Origin: an uncultured virus (IMG/VR IMGVR_UViG_3300042901_000675)
Taxonomy: Duplodnaviria; Heunggongvirae; Uroviricota; Caudoviricetes
Virus record (IMG/VR): IMGVR_UViG_3300042901_000675
Reading direction: 5' to 3' (one strand)
Length of the DNA: 64,000 nt
The first letter of the stretch is position 1, and each line of letters starts with the position of its first letter. This document shows positions 6,892 through 17,195 of the stretch, piece after piece. The position numbers and the translations under genes are program-made. The notes under the pieces were generated by a model, which made no database searches, was not told the origin of the DNA, and saw only the letters and a list, made by a program, of their open reading frames with translations.

Positions 6892-9800
6892 ATGCCAAAA
6901 AAAGCGTGCTGTTGTAATAAATGTAGTTGGTGCGATAGAGATCATTGGTATCGAAATACATATGATCCACAAGATCCTTTTGCAAATGAAGGCATATTAG
7001 AACAACCAACTCAACCAAATTGGGCATCTACCGGTACTATTACTACAGAGTTACCAAGTGTTGGTCACCCAATGACTGGTTTAAATTTAATTAATTGTGA
7101 CGATTGTCCTCCATGGGGACAAGACTCACAGAGTTGTTGTGAAATAGGTAGACAACCAGATGTTGCTCGAATAAAAATAATAGATCCAGAAGATCCCCTT
7201 GCAGGTCTTACAAGTTCTTTTAGAACTCCTTCCAATTTATTAGATATACCATCATATGGATGGGGTGATGCTGCATTCTATGGTGATATTTCTCCATGTT
7301 GGTTCAATGGAATCAATATGACAAATGTTGATCTTTTTTCTGGAACTCCAGGTTGTTCTGGTACATCTGGTCCAGGACCAGCAGGACCTACTGGATGTTG
7401 TGGTCCATCTGGATTGAGTGGTTCTTGTGGTTGTTGTGGTTCTGTTGGGTGTTGTGGCACATCTGGATATACTGGTTTGGATGCATGTTGTCAACCAACA
7501 TATTATAATGATAATCACTTTTTTAATTTTACATTTGAATTAAAAATAGAAAAATATAATAGTCAAGGAAATACATATTCAACAGTTATTGATATTAAAC
7601 GTACTGGTCCTGCTAGAAATGTAAGACCACATCCAGATGCTTGTCATTCATTTAATGTAAATGAAAATTATCCTTGGAGAGAATTATCAAATTGTGAAGT
7701 ATTTTTTGATACATTTAATGATGATGGAATTCCAGCTATATGCGCACGTGATTTTGCTCGTATGCCTCGTGGACCCTGGCCATATAGATTTAAAAAAAAT
7801 ATGGATATAGATCAAAATTCTGCAGCATGTTGGTCTGGTAATGCAGTTTTTGAGGGATCTAAATTTACCAAACAACAAGTTGAAGAAGCTCTTGCAGACC
7901 CAGAGTCATATTCTGACACTCCCTGGATAAGACAATGCCCCTTAGTGCAAACTAAATGTTCTGGTACATTTGGTCAAGATGTTGATGCTTGTTGCAGTGG
8001 TACTTTTTTAGATCCTGATCAAATATGTACTCAATTAGATCCAGACAATGGAACTCCATTTGGATGGGAAGACGTTCCAGAAGGTTGTAAAGCATATTCC
8101 AATTCAAATCCTAATTTTGTAGGAAGTCTGCCCTTCGATGGAAGTACAGCTAATATGCATTTCTTTGGTTGGATGAATCCTTTCAATAGATACACCACAC
8201 CTGAATGGGATTTATATGAAGGTCCAGCCGGATTAACTGGTACAACTATTTGTGGTTGTGATGGAACAGGTTATACATGTGCACCATCTGGATTTTGTGG
8301 AGCATGTGGAGCATGTGGCCCACAAGGATATACATTAGGTTTATCAAGTAAAAAAGTAAGTTTAAATGTAATTGTTCCAACTCAATATGATTTTGGAGTA
8401 GAGGAAGGTGGAAAAAATCCTTTTTGTAGCCCAGATGCAGGCGCACAGGGTTTAGGGTTTGGTGAATGGTGTTTTGGTATGGATTATGAAGCACCTGATG
8501 AAATTGGTGCATTAGAACTTGCTGGATATCAATGGTCTAACGGAAGAGAAGCAGATGGTATATGGATTCATCAAACACCAACTAGTGCATTAAGAGTATT
8601 ATTTACTTTAGATCATAGTGATATTGCTCCTGGAAAAGTGTGGAGAGTTTTTAGAGATTGGGACGTGACAGTATGTAATAGAGTAAAGATTTTTAATGCA
8701 GGTACTCCACAAGAAACTAAATTTAGAATTAGTTTAAAACAAAAAGTAGAAGAAGTTCAGTTTTCTAGTCTTGGTTGTGATTGTCCATCCGGAATTACAA
8801 TTAATGAAGATGGTAAAACTGTAAGTATTGAAGATGCTTGTGATGATCATGTTATATTTGGTGAGTTTGAAGAATCACCATTTGCTTCTTGTTGGGAATC
8901 TAATATAGATGGACCAAATTCTGATAATGTTGGAGGACGTGTATCTTTTTCTGAACGTGGTCCAATTATTATTCGAGCAATACTTGAAACTGATGAAACC
9001 GGATGTTCTAATTGTTCTGGACCAAATGATCAAGCATTTACAAATTGTGCAGAAAAATTTGGCTCACGCACTCACCCCCTTACTAATATAAATCCAAAGG
9101 GTGGACAATTGATGATTGTCAATGGGTCGGGTGTTGCATGTCCAACCGACTGTCCTATTGAATTTCCCAAATACGGTACTTGGCCCAGTGAACCGATACA
9201 AACATGTATAACGCAATGTTGGACTTTATTGGGTGCAGGATGTTCTCCTAATTTATATATTCCTGCTGGTGATATTAAAATGATTGATCCACCAGACAGT
9301 GTATATGCAATATTTAAAGAACACGGAGCACGATTTGATGATGCGATTGCTGATATTCCACGTGCTGCTGGACATAAAGGTTATGTTGGTATATTGAGAT
9401 ATAGAAGTTCTTATATGCCTATATCTCAATCATCATCTGCCATAGAAAATGAATTAAACTTTAAGTATGAAGATGGAAGTGAGGTATTTGGTACACATGT
9501 TCATCAATATGAAGAATATAGATGTATTTCTGGAAATATATGTGGTAATGAATTTTCTAAACCCAGAGATATTTTTCAAAATGCAAGAATATATGTAGAT
9601 AAATGGCCATCGATAGCTAAAGTAGGTAATTGTATCATACATTGTCCATGTGGTGCATCCAATACTACTGAAGAACCAGACCCAGAAATACCAGAACCAG
9701 GACAACCATGTAGGGATGGATCTTTTCCTCCATGTAGTGATGTATTTAATGGTGGTTTTTGTGCAGGAGAAGGTGGATTTGCAATATGTCCTTGTAATAA

Positions 9801-10593
9801 AGATAATCCCAATGCAGCAAATATTGGACCATTTTTGTTTCCAAGTTATGGGTGTAATACAAATCTATCAAGAATAAATGGATATGGTGCTGCAGATTTT
9901 AATTATACTTGTTTTCCAGAAATTCCACAGGGAGTATATGAACCTACTTGTTTAGATAATAACACTATACCACATAGATTTGGATTGGACTCTGAAAGAT
10001 TTTATTTTACGGCATTTGGACAAGTGGATGCGTATACTGGTCTCGGCAATTTAGGATGTGCTGCAAGATGTTCATGTCCTGCCCCAGATCCACCAACTGG
10101 ATGTTTTAATGAAGATGGATCATGTCAATTTTGTGGAGGTGCGGGAAGTGGTATTGGATTTGGTTTTCCTAGAAATATGATGATTAATTGGAAAAAATAT
10201 TTATGCCACCAACGTTCAGTAGATGGTTATAAAATTCCACCCGATATTATGGGAAAATTTGAATGGGGATGTGGTGCCAAAGATGGAATCACAGGAAGCA
10301 CAACTGCTAACGGATGCGATGTAGCATGGTCAGTAGGCGATTGTGTGCAAGCAAATGTACCAATTAATTCACTATCTACTACAATAGATAGACTGAAAGC
10401 TGTCAGTGATCTAGATCCAAATTATCATATTAGATTTGAAAAATATAATATAATGTTTGATGATGTATTTGATCAAATAAACAGAGATGAAGAATTGTGC
10501 CCATGGGATACGACATATGAACCAAATACAGCAAGAAGTGGGTTGACATATGGTAGAAATCATATTATAATAAAAGCACAAGGTCCATACTAA
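6892..10593 (+). CDS. Very large cysteine-rich protein (1233 aa), probable virion component
   Basis: MPKKACCC N-terminus, about 75 Cys by manual count, short Gly-X-Y stretches; TATAAATA late promoter upstream. Confidence 0.8.
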   Translation: MPKKACCCNKCSWCDRDHWYRNTYDPQDPFANEGILEQPTQPNWASTGTITTELPSVGHPMTGLNLINCDDCPPWGQDSQSCCEIGRQPDVARIKIIDPEDPLAGLTSSFRTPSNLLDIPSYGWGDAAFYGDISPCWFNGINMTNVDLFSGTPGCSGTSGPGPAGPTGCCGPSGLSGSCGCCGSVGCCGTSGYTGLDACCQPTYYNDNHFFNFTFELKIEKYNSQGNTYSTVIDIKRTGPARNVRPHPDACHSFNVNENYPWRELSNCEVFFDTFNDDGIPAICARDFARMPRGPWPYRFKKNMDIDQNSAACWSGNAVFEGSKFTKQQVEEALADPESYSDTPWIRQCPLVQTKCSGTFGQDVDACCSGTFLDPDQICTQLDPDNGTPFGWEDVPEGCKAYSNSNPNFVGSLPFDGSTANMHFFGWMNPFNRYTTPEWDLYEGPAGLTGTTICGCDGTGYTCAPSGFCGACGACGPQGYTLGLSSKKVSLNVIVPTQYDFGVEEGGKNPFCSPDAGAQGLGFGEWCFGMDYEAPDEIGALELAGYQWSNGREADGIWIHQTPTSALRVLFTLDHSDIAPGKVWRVFRDWDVTVCNRVKIFNAGTPQETKFRISLKQKVEEVQFSSLGCDCPSGITINEDGKTVSIEDACDDHVIFGEFEESPFASCWESNIDGPNSDNVGGRVSFSERGPIIIRAILETDETGCSNCSGPNDQAFTNCAEKFGSRTHPLTNINPKGGQLMIVNGSGVACPTDCPIEFPKYGTWPSEPIQTCITQCWTLLGAGCSPNLYIPAGDIKMIDPPDSVYAIFKEHGARFDDAIADIPRAAGHKGYVGILRYRSSYMPISQSSSAIENELNFKYEDGSEVFGTHVHQYEEYRCISGNICGNEFSKPRDIFQNARIYVDKWPSIAKVGNCIIHCPCGASNTTEEPDPEIPEPGQPCRDGSFPPCSDVFNGGFCAGEGGFAICPCNKDNPNAANIGPFLFPSYGCNTNLSRINGYGAADFNYTCFPEIPQGVYEPTCLDNNTIPHRFGLDSERFYFTAFGQVDAYTGLGNLGCAARCSCPAPDPPTGCFNEDGSCQFCGGAGSGIGFGFPRNMMINWKKYLCHQRSVDGYKIPPDIMGKFEWGCGAKDGITGSTTANGCDVAWSVGDCVQANVPINSLSTTIDRLKAVSDLDPNYHIRFEKYNIMFDDVFDQINRDEELCPWDTTYEPNTARSGLTYGRNHIIIKAQGPY

Positions 10594-10596
10594 CTT

Positions 10597-11271
10597 ATGC
10601 AAAATATTTCTTTAAAACAAATTGTTTATTGTGAAACAAATAAATCTAAAGCATTTCATAGAATTAATTGTACCCAGTGGGTTGTAGAAAATGATGGAAA
10701 GTGTGCACCATACTGTACTTTAAAATCCAAGCATGTATTAGCAAGTGATTGTTCTAAATGTGATGTACGAACTCCATTGGTTGAAACTGTACAACAAAAT
10801 ATTAAATCTAATGTAATAAAAGATATGCAAAGTTTAATACCACAAACAAATCTTTATACGGCTGTACCTGTACAGAATAATGTTGATCAAAGTTTTTTAT
10901 CTAAGGCTGCACAATATTCAAAAATTGAAGGATCACAATTATTAACTGGTAAAGTATCTGAAGAGGTTTTTGAAAAAAGAAAAGCTTTGTGTATGTCTTG
11001 TCCAAGACGAAATAACTTTAAACCAGATTCAGAATCTATTGGTTGGTGTTCTAGCTGTGGTTGTAGTGCAAAGAATCCAAGAGCAGCCCTTTCACATAAA
11101 TTATGGATGCCAGACCTTGAATGTCCTTTAAAGAAATTCCCTAAAGAGGTTGGTGAAGGATTTAATGCTGCTGATGCATTAGATTCAGTGAAAGGAATTA
11201 TTCAATCCGTTGGTGATCTTTTTAAGAAAAAAGAATCTGATGAAGAAATCAATACAGAGCAGAAAGAATAA
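10597..11271 (+). CDS. Cys-motif protein (CxxC...CxxCGC...K...CP)
   Basis: RKALCMSC...WCSSCGC...KLWMPDLECPLKKF; 3 nt downstream of the Cys-rich gene. Confidence 0.7.
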   Translation: MQNISLKQIVYCETNKSKAFHRINCTQWVVENDGKCAPYCTLKSKHVLASDCSKCDVRTPLVETVQQNIKSNVIKDMQSLIPQTNLYTAVPVQNNVDQSFLSKAAQYSKIEGSQLLTGKVSEEVFEKRKALCMSCPRRNNFKPDSESIGWCSSCGCSAKNPRAALSHKLWMPDLECPLKKFPKEVGEGFNAADALDSVKGIIQSVGDLFKKKESDEEINTEQKE

Positions 11272-11281
11272 ATAGTATACT

Positions 11282-11644
11282 ATGTCATGTATTAAAACAA
11301 TCTTAAATTTTCAAAATGAATTACGCCTTCACCACTGGGGAACTAAGTCATATTCCGCACACATAGCACTAGGAGCTGCCTACACAGGCATTGATGCTCT
11401 ATTAGACTCTTTTGCCGAGACTTATATGGGAACGCTTGGTAAGGATGAATTAAGAGATATTAATGAGTTGACTTTAAACGGACCATATAAAACAACTGCT
11501 ATGCAGGTATTGAGTTCATTTGAAGATTATTTGACTGAAGAAGTACCAAAAGAACTTGGTGGAGATCAAACTGCCTTGTTAAATATAAGGGATGAGATGC
11601 TTGGTTTGGTACAACAAACCAAATACTTACTAACCTTGTCATAG
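11282..11644 (+). CDS. Ferritin/Dps-like four-helix protein (DUF5856-like)
   Basis: LRLHHWGTKSYSAHIALG...DSFAETYMG...LLNIRDEML...KYLLTL. Confidence 0.75.
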   Translation: MSCIKTILNFQNELRLHHWGTKSYSAHIALGAAYTGIDALLDSFAETYMGTLGKDELRDINELTLNGPYKTTAMQVLSSFEDYLTEEVPKELGGDQTALLNIRDEMLGLVQQTKYLLTLS

Positions 11645-11652
11645 GAGTTAAT

Positions 11653-12018
11653 ATGAAAATTTCAGAACTAGTTTACGAAGTCCGAAAACTAGCACGCAAA
11701 GAAGAAGATCCTATCAACAAGGATCTTTTTTATCAATGTGCTAAATCATTAGAAATTCTTGGTAATCTTGCAAAGATATCTGATCTTGCAGTTGCAGAAC
11801 ATAATGCAGCAGAAGAACCATCAATCGATTACGATGGTGAGCTCAAATGGAATGTAGATGATGTAACTCTATCCATGATGGATGAGCATATTGATGATCT
11901 AATTCAACATGGATTTATGGATCCAATTGATCGTTGGCCCTACGGTGAACAACCATTTACCAAGTTTGTTGCCAAATATGCTCAAAGTCATTTCATCAAA
12001 GATTCTAAAACAGAATAG
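11653..12018 (+). CDS. Hypothetical protein
   Basis: ORF with AGGAG RBS. Confidence 0.7.
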   Translation: MKISELVYEVRKLARKEEDPINKDLFYQCAKSLEILGNLAKISDLAVAEHNAAEEPSIDYDGELKWNVDDVTLSMMDEHIDDLIQHGFMDPIDRWPYGEQPFTKFVAKYAQSHFIKDSKTE

Positions 12019-12587
12019 ACCTTTGTTGGAATAGACACATGACTCAGAACAGCCATGTTAGACGGCATGATGCGTAGAACGCATTTGCTATAATATGGAT
12101 CTTGTTTAAAAGAATAGAATTTTCGTGATTTTTCCATCATGAAATGACTATAGATGTATACGTGAGCCCGTTTGGAATACATTTTTGTATCAATTTTTAA
12201 TTTAAATTCATTAATTAATCGAACGGCTCGTTTTTCACAGTCTCTTTCCATAGAGCGAACAATAAAAAATGCTCTTTTAACATCTTTAGCAGCATAATTT
12301 TTACCTTTTAGCCATCCATCTACAATATTTGAGGCTTTATATGACTTTTCATATACTTTACTGTTATTAATGTATTGTAAAAAATGACAATATTCATGAA
12401 CGAGAACATGTAAAAATTGATTACAGTGTCTGGCAATACGAATAGCCTTTCCAGACTCATCAAAGCACCCAGAACAGCGAAACCCATCTACATTGACACA
12501 TTTACCGCGTCCAATAATAAGTTTCATACCATATTGGGCAAGATGCTGACGTACAAATTTTATAAACTGATGACTCATCTGTTCCAT
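11988..12587 (-). CDS. HEXXH zinc metallopeptidase-like protein
   Basis: VLVHEYCH and downstream E (MERDCE); GAGGAGG RBS and TATAAATA upstream. Confidence 0.7.
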   Translation of the reverse strand: MEQMSHQFIKFVRQHLAQYGMKLIIGRGKCVNVDGFRCSGCFDESGKAIRIARHCNQFLHVLVHEYCHFLQYINNSKVYEKSYKASNIVDGWLKGKNYAAKDVKRAFFIVRSMERDCEKRAVRLINEFKLKIDTKMYSKRAHVYIYSHFMMEKSRKFYSFKQDPYYSKCVLRIMPSNMAVLSHVSIPTKVYSVLESLMK

Positions 12588-12683
12588 AAAGTCCTCCTCA
12601 GTCAGTATTATTTATAATAATCACTTGACAGGTCAAATATAGAGTGTATAGTATAGCAACTTCTTATAAGAAAGGAAAGTTCT

Positions 12684-12920
12684 ATGGATATTACTACTGT
12701 TGACCGTCCGACTAAGATTCAGAGAGTGTTTGATTATATGCGAAATGGTACTCCGCTGAATGCATGTGAAGCCCGTAAGCGTTTTAAGGTTGCAAATATG
12801 CGCGCAACTATGAGCAACCTTCGTGAGGCTTTTGATCGTATGGATCTCAAGTATACTGTAGTTCGTGAGACCGTTAAGGGTCGTGCACACTACCGAGTTG
12901 TTCGCTCACGTAGTCGGTAA
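12684..12920 (+). CDS. Small winged-helix-like DNA-binding protein
   Basis: Basic 78-aa ORF with an HTH plus beta-wing pattern; TTGACA-N16-TATAGT promoter (12625-12652) and AAGGA RBS. Confidence 0.65.
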   Translation: MDITTVDRPTKIQRVFDYMRNGTPLNACEARKRFKVANMRATMSNLREAFDRMDLKYTVVRETVKGRAHYRVVRSRSR

Positions 12921-12945
12921 AATTTGTAAACTTTTTGTTAGACAC

Positions 12946-12977
12946 AAGACCTCCAGTAATGGGGGTCTTATGTTTTT
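12946..12977. terminator. Terminator between convergent genes
   Basis: AAGACCTCCA-GTAA-TGGGGGTCTT followed by a T-rich run. Confidence 0.65.
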
Positions 12978-14251
12978 ATACTAAAGTATATTGTAGACAG
13001 TCCACTCATTACACAATATATTGGTGTTGATGTACTATATGAATCTATGATGGCATATGCGCCATTATATCCAGGAACACCATAACTTTTATAAGCAGAT
13101 CCCAATGGAATTTCTCTAGCGGCATCAATATATGTTTCTAATGAATATCCTAATATAGACGGATGACTTAAATCAATTTTTAAAGTTGTATTACCACTTG
13201 GTTGTGTTAATGTTACTGATGATACTGACATTGTAACATTTATATTTAATGCAGCAATATTTGTAGTTGATGTTGGTGAACTTATTGTAATATAAATTAA
13301 ATTATTAAATGATGGAGATATTATACTAAATGGAGTTGATATACCACTTCCATATATTAAATCATAACACGATTTGCAGTTTACAAAACTAGATAAGTAT
13401 CCAACTGCTATCTTTGAAGTTCTTAATTGCGATTGGTTTAAAGTTTGGTTTTCATAACAATTTATTAAATCTTTAGTTAAAGCGTTAGATATTGTATAAA
13501 TTCCAGTTACATTAGACTGTTGTGGATAAGTCAACAAGGATGGGTATCCACGCATATATAAATCAACTGAAGTATTAGTAGTTGAAAAATCTTGAAAAGT
13601 TCCACCTGATGCAAAATATAATAGTTCAGTAGAGTCTTTTAGTTGTATAGTTCCACTGATTAGAATACGTTCAGCGTTGTTTAATGTACCACCCGATATT
13701 TCAATGTATTCTTCAAAACCATATGCTGATCCAAGAATACCCATACTATTGAATGTTGTTTTAGAAAGATTTGGAAGAGAGTTTACTAAAAAATATCCAA
13801 TAGTTCCACCAGTAGATGTAAAAGTATATTGTGGGGTGTCTACAAAATTATCTTTTCCATAATAATTGTAATCAGTTGTTGCAGTAAGACCGGAAACAAT
13901 AGTAGCAATAATAATATGATTATCATTAATAGTAGTTGATAACCTACAAGTTCCACTTAACGTTGTAGTAACATTGTTATATTCATCAAAATATTGTGAT
14001 GCTGATATAGAGAATGTTTCTCCTGCACCAGAAAATCCACCAAAAGTTCTTTTTAAATATAATGAATCAGACACATCATATACATGCGAATAATCAATTG
14101 TACATGTGGAACCACTTATTAAAATATTTGGTTTGGAATTTAAAATTCCTTTTGTAAAAATAGGGTCTACGGTTAATCCAGTAACGTACAAACCATAATT
14201 TTTTAAAGTTCTAACTTTATTTAATGTATATGCTGATTCTGTTTCTGCCAT
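12968..14251 (-). CDS. Ser/Thr/Gly-rich probable virion structural protein
   Basis: 427 aa, beta-rich composition; downstream of the 15245 gene in a late-type unit. Confidence 0.65.
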   Translation of the reverse strand: MAETESAYTLNKVRTLKNYGLYVTGLTVDPIFTKGILNSKPNILISGSTCTIDYSHVYDVSDSLYLKRTFGGFSGAGETFSISASQYFDEYNNVTTTLSGTCRLSTTINDNHIIIATIVSGLTATTDYNYYGKDNFVDTPQYTFTSTGGTIGYFLVNSLPNLSKTTFNSMGILGSAYGFEEYIEISGGTLNNAERILISGTIQLKDSTELLYFASGGTFQDFSTTNTSVDLYMRGYPSLLTYPQQSNVTGIYTISNALTKDLINCYENQTLNQSQLRTSKIAVGYLSSFVNCKSCYDLIYGSGISTPFSIISPSFNNLIYITISSPTSTTNIAALNINVTMSVSSVTLTQPSGNTTLKIDLSHPSILGYSLETYIDAAREIPLGSAYKSYGVPGYNGAYAIIDSYSTSTPIYCVMSGLSTIYFSIKT

Positions 14252-14258
14252 TTTTTAT

Positions 14259-15245
14259 TCACGATGCATTATAAAATAGTGCTTGTGTACCACTTCCGGT
14301 AACAGTCCAAATTTTATTAGTATTATTTACTTTAACAAATATTTCTTCACCTGGATCTAATCCGTATGATGTTGTTGAAGATACTCCAGTATTACCTGCA
14401 AAATAAACTAAATTTGTATTAGTTGCTGCAGCTTTAAGATTTATACCATATGAGCATGTAAACCCAGTTGGATCCATTTGTGATACAACGGCAGTTGGAG
14501 CTGTTCTACTAGATTTAATACTAGACGGAACACTACCAGCAATACTCAAGATTTGAGCATTGAGTGTAAGAAGTTGACCATATACATTGGTCATACCAGC
14601 AAGAATAGCTGTATCATTAATACCAACTGTATTTCCCACTGTTACTGCAACACTAAGTCCACCAGTCATTCCTTGAATGCGTAATCCATTACCAGGAGAG
14701 TCATTGGTTACACCAATTGTTGATGCAATATTTGCAGTGATTGTAACACCGCTAAAACTTACTTGCATTGGATTTGAAGTAGTTCCGATAGCAACACCAC
14801 TGGCATTGACCATATTAGAATAAATCCAAGTATTTCCACTTGGACCAAATACAGAAACATTGTCTGTAAGTTTATTTAAATATCGTCCACCAGTAACTTC
14901 TACTCTGCAACCAGTTGTGGTCTGTACGTATACAGGTGATGCAGTAAGACCCATAACATTAACAGTACCAGATACTGGAACTGGAGTTCCTGATCCAACA
15001 CCCTGAATATTGATTGTTCCACAGAATCCGGAAATATTAGCAGTCATACCACCAGCTACGCTGACAGGAAGTGGAGTAGCAGTATCTACTACTGTAAGTG
15101 ATCCAGTAGGACCATATGCCATTTTATAAATTTGGGTGTAATTAGTTATACCGCTGACTAATACAGGATCAGCCGAAACAGCAAAGGTTACTCCACTTGT
15201 TTCGATAACAACATACGTTTCTCCAAAATATGGTGATAATGACAT
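14259..15245 (-). CDS. Gly/Thr/Val-rich probable virion fibre or decoration protein
   Basis: 328 aa with many G-x-T motifs; TATAAATA and AAGGA upstream. Confidence 0.65.
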   Translation of the reverse strand: MSLSPYFGETYVVIETSGVTFAVSADPVLVSGITNYTQIYKMAYGPTGSLTVVDTATPLPVSVAGGMTANISGFCGTINIQGVGSGTPVPVSGTVNVMGLTASPVYVQTTTGCRVEVTGGRYLNKLTDNVSVFGPSGNTWIYSNMVNASGVAIGTTSNPMQVSFSGVTITANIASTIGVTNDSPGNGLRIQGMTGGLSVAVTVGNTVGINDTAILAGMTNVYGQLLTLNAQILSIAGSVPSSIKSSRTAPTAVVSQMDPTGFTCSYGINLKAAATNTNLVYFAGNTGVSSTTSYGLDPGEEIFVKVNNTNKIWTVTGSGTQALFYNAS

Positions 15246-15329
15246 AATTTATCCTTGTGTTCCTTGGTCTTCAATATTTATACTCTTATATTTATTGGAT
15301 TTAATATAAATCCATGATATAATAACATT

Positions 15330-15563
15330 ATGTATATAGATGACTCTGCAAAAGAACAATTTTCAAATAAGGTAATATCAAGAGTCAAATCGACCAATAT
15401 GACTTTTATGGATTGTGTTTTAGAAATTACAGAAGAAATGGGTTTAGATCCAAGTGCTTCTGGTAAACTTTTAACCAAGCCAATTATTGAAAAAATTCAA
15501 CAAGAAGCTCAAAGTTTACATTTGATGAAAAAGTCTAAATCTAAGAAGTTACCGATTGACTAA
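15330..15563 (+). CDS. gp33: Late transcription co-activator
   Basis: FSNKV...FMDCVLEITEE...LTKPIIEKIQQEAQSLHLM...KLP; adjacent to gp32. Confidence 0.85.
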   Translation: MYIDDSAKEQFSNKVISRVKSTNMTFMDCVLEITEEMGLDPSASGKLLTKPIIEKIQQEAQSLHLMKKSKSKKLPID

Positions 15564-15633
15564 TCTAAATCAGAGTGTATAGTGATAGAGAACTGTTAGG
15601 CCAAGGTAGATCCTTGGGGAAAGAAAGACACAT

Positions 15634-16491
15634 ATGGCAAATTTTTCAGATTTCAAGAAGAAGAGTAAGAACTCAGTCGCATCACTAACCGAGCGCATGG
15701 ATAAGCTCACGTCAAAGGAGAGTTACAAGGATGACCGTATTTGGAAGCCAGGTATTGACAAGGCTGGAAACGGTTATGCAGTAATTCGATTCCTTCCTGA
15801 GATTGCAGGAGAAGATACTCCTTTTGTTTCAGTTTACAGTCATGCCTTCAAGGGCAAGGGTGGTTGGTTGTTTGAAAACTGCCCAACTACTCTTGGAGAG
15901 AAGTGCCCTGTTTGTGAAGCAAACACGGAACTCTGGAATAGTGGAATTGAGGATGACAAGAATATTGCACGTAATCGTAAGCGTAAGTTGACTTACATCT
16001 CTAACATTCTTGTTGTTGAAGATCCTGCAAATCCCGAGAATAAGGGAAAGGTTTTTCTTTATCAGTATGGTACCAAGATTTTCCAAAAGATCCAAGCACT
16101 TGCTCATCCAGAATTTAAGGATGAGACTGCAATCGATCCATTCAACTTTTGGACTGGTGCAGACTTTAAGATCAAGATTCGCAATGTTGGTGGATACGTG
16201 AATTATGATCGTTCTGAGTTTGCTACTCCTACTCCTCTTCTTGGTGGAGATGATAAGAAGTTAGAAGAACTTTGGAAGAAGCAGTATGCTCTCAAGGAGT
16301 TTACTGACAAGAGTCAGTTCAAGAGTTATGATGAACTCAAGGCTAGACTCAAGAAGGCAACTGGAGACGATATTCGTGCTCAGTTTACCGACTCAAAGAG
16401 TATTGAAGATGATGTCACGGATAATGTAATCCGTGAAGACATTGAGGAAAAGGATCCTCTAAAGTACTTCTCCGAAATGGAGAATGATTGA
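15634..16491 (+). CDS. gp32: Single-stranded DNA-binding protein
   Basis: DDRIWKP..DKAGNGYAVIRFLP, ENCPTTLGEKCPVC, KRKLTY, acidic tail. Confidence 0.97.
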   Translation: MANFSDFKKKSKNSVASLTERMDKLTSKESYKDDRIWKPGIDKAGNGYAVIRFLPEIAGEDTPFVSVYSHAFKGKGGWLFENCPTTLGEKCPVCEANTELWNSGIEDDKNIARNRKRKLTYISNILVVEDPANPENKGKVFLYQYGTKIFQKIQALAHPEFKDETAIDPFNFWTGADFKIKIRNVGGYVNYDRSEFATPTPLLGGDDKKLEELWKKQYALKEFTDKSQFKSYDELKARLKKATGDDIRAQFTDSKSIEDDVTDNVIREDIEEKDPLKYFSEMEND

Positions 16492-16517
16492 AAAAAGCCC
16501 CGCAAGGGGCTTTTTTT
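16491..16517. terminator. Bidirectional rho-independent terminator
   Basis: AAAAAAGCCCC-GCAA-GGGGCTTTTTTT between convergent genes. Confidence 0.9.
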
Positions 16518-16986
16518 ATGCCCATGTTGGATATTGAGCAAAACGTTCTGCTCTGGCATCAAATACTAAATTAGTTTGTTCTAGTGTTGGTCGTTCTTCA
16601 AACTTTGAAGCTGGACTTGGATTTGGTATCCATTTATTCTGTGCATTATCTGCCAAACTTGTTACACTATCTCTTATACCATCTACATTTTCTTCTAATT
16701 TTTTATAGGATGCTTCTGGATCAAATTTAACTTGTAATTTTATTCCAACGTCAGCGACTTCTGCACTTGTTTTTTCAGATACATCTACTTTAGTTGCTTG
16801 ATAAACGATTGAATCCAGTAACGGTGGATCAACAATTGTTTTAAACACAACACTTTCAGGTAAATCCATATCTTCGGGAATACTACTATCAAGTTGCGCT
16901 GATCGAATATCTGAAGGTTTAATAGATGGGGCAAATAGCTGTTGTTCTGCGGTTACATCCAATGATATATTATTATCGTCTACCAT
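16516..16986 (-). CDS. Hypothetical protein in the tape-measure syntenic position (156 aa)
   Basis: TAATG-coupled to the frameshift ORF upstream; function inferred from position only. Confidence 0.55.
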   Translation of the reverse strand: MVDDNNISLDVTAEQQLFAPSIKPSDIRSAQLDSSIPEDMDLPESVVFKTIVDPPLLDSIVYQATKVDVSEKTSAEVADVGIKLQVKFDPEASYKKLEENVDGIRDSVTSLADNAQNKWIPNPSPASKFEERPTLEQTNLVFDARAERFAQYPTWA

Positions 16987-17195
16987 TAATTAAATCCTTG
17001 CATGTTTGGTGTGTGTGACATATTTTCTTGGTTCTTTTGATCTTGATAATCTACTAACAATTTAACATAAACTTCGCGTTCCCACCATACCATATTTTCT
17101 AAATCAAACAGATTCCAATTAAAATTATTTATCAGGGTAAAGTTAGTAACATAGTAATCTTTTAAATCAAAAAACTTTACCGATAAGTAAAAAAA
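16986..17195 (-). CDS. -1 frame extension of the hub/tail assembly chaperone (gp51-like segment)
   Basis: Not in the track. DYYVTNFTL...LENMVWWEREVYVKLL, with no ATG/GTG/TTG before the conserved part; entered through T-TTT-TTT at 17195-17189. Confidence 0.75.
   Translation of the reverse strand, partial: FFYLSVKFFDLKDYYVTNFTLINNFNWNLFDLENMVWWEREVYVKLLVDYQDQKNQENMSHTPNMQGFN

Noticed and set aside
5516..12018. Convergent 3' overlaps (5516-5559 and 11988-12018) as dual-coding elements
   Set aside because: The overlaps are short, fall in low-constraint C-termini and are ordinary for compact phage genomes.
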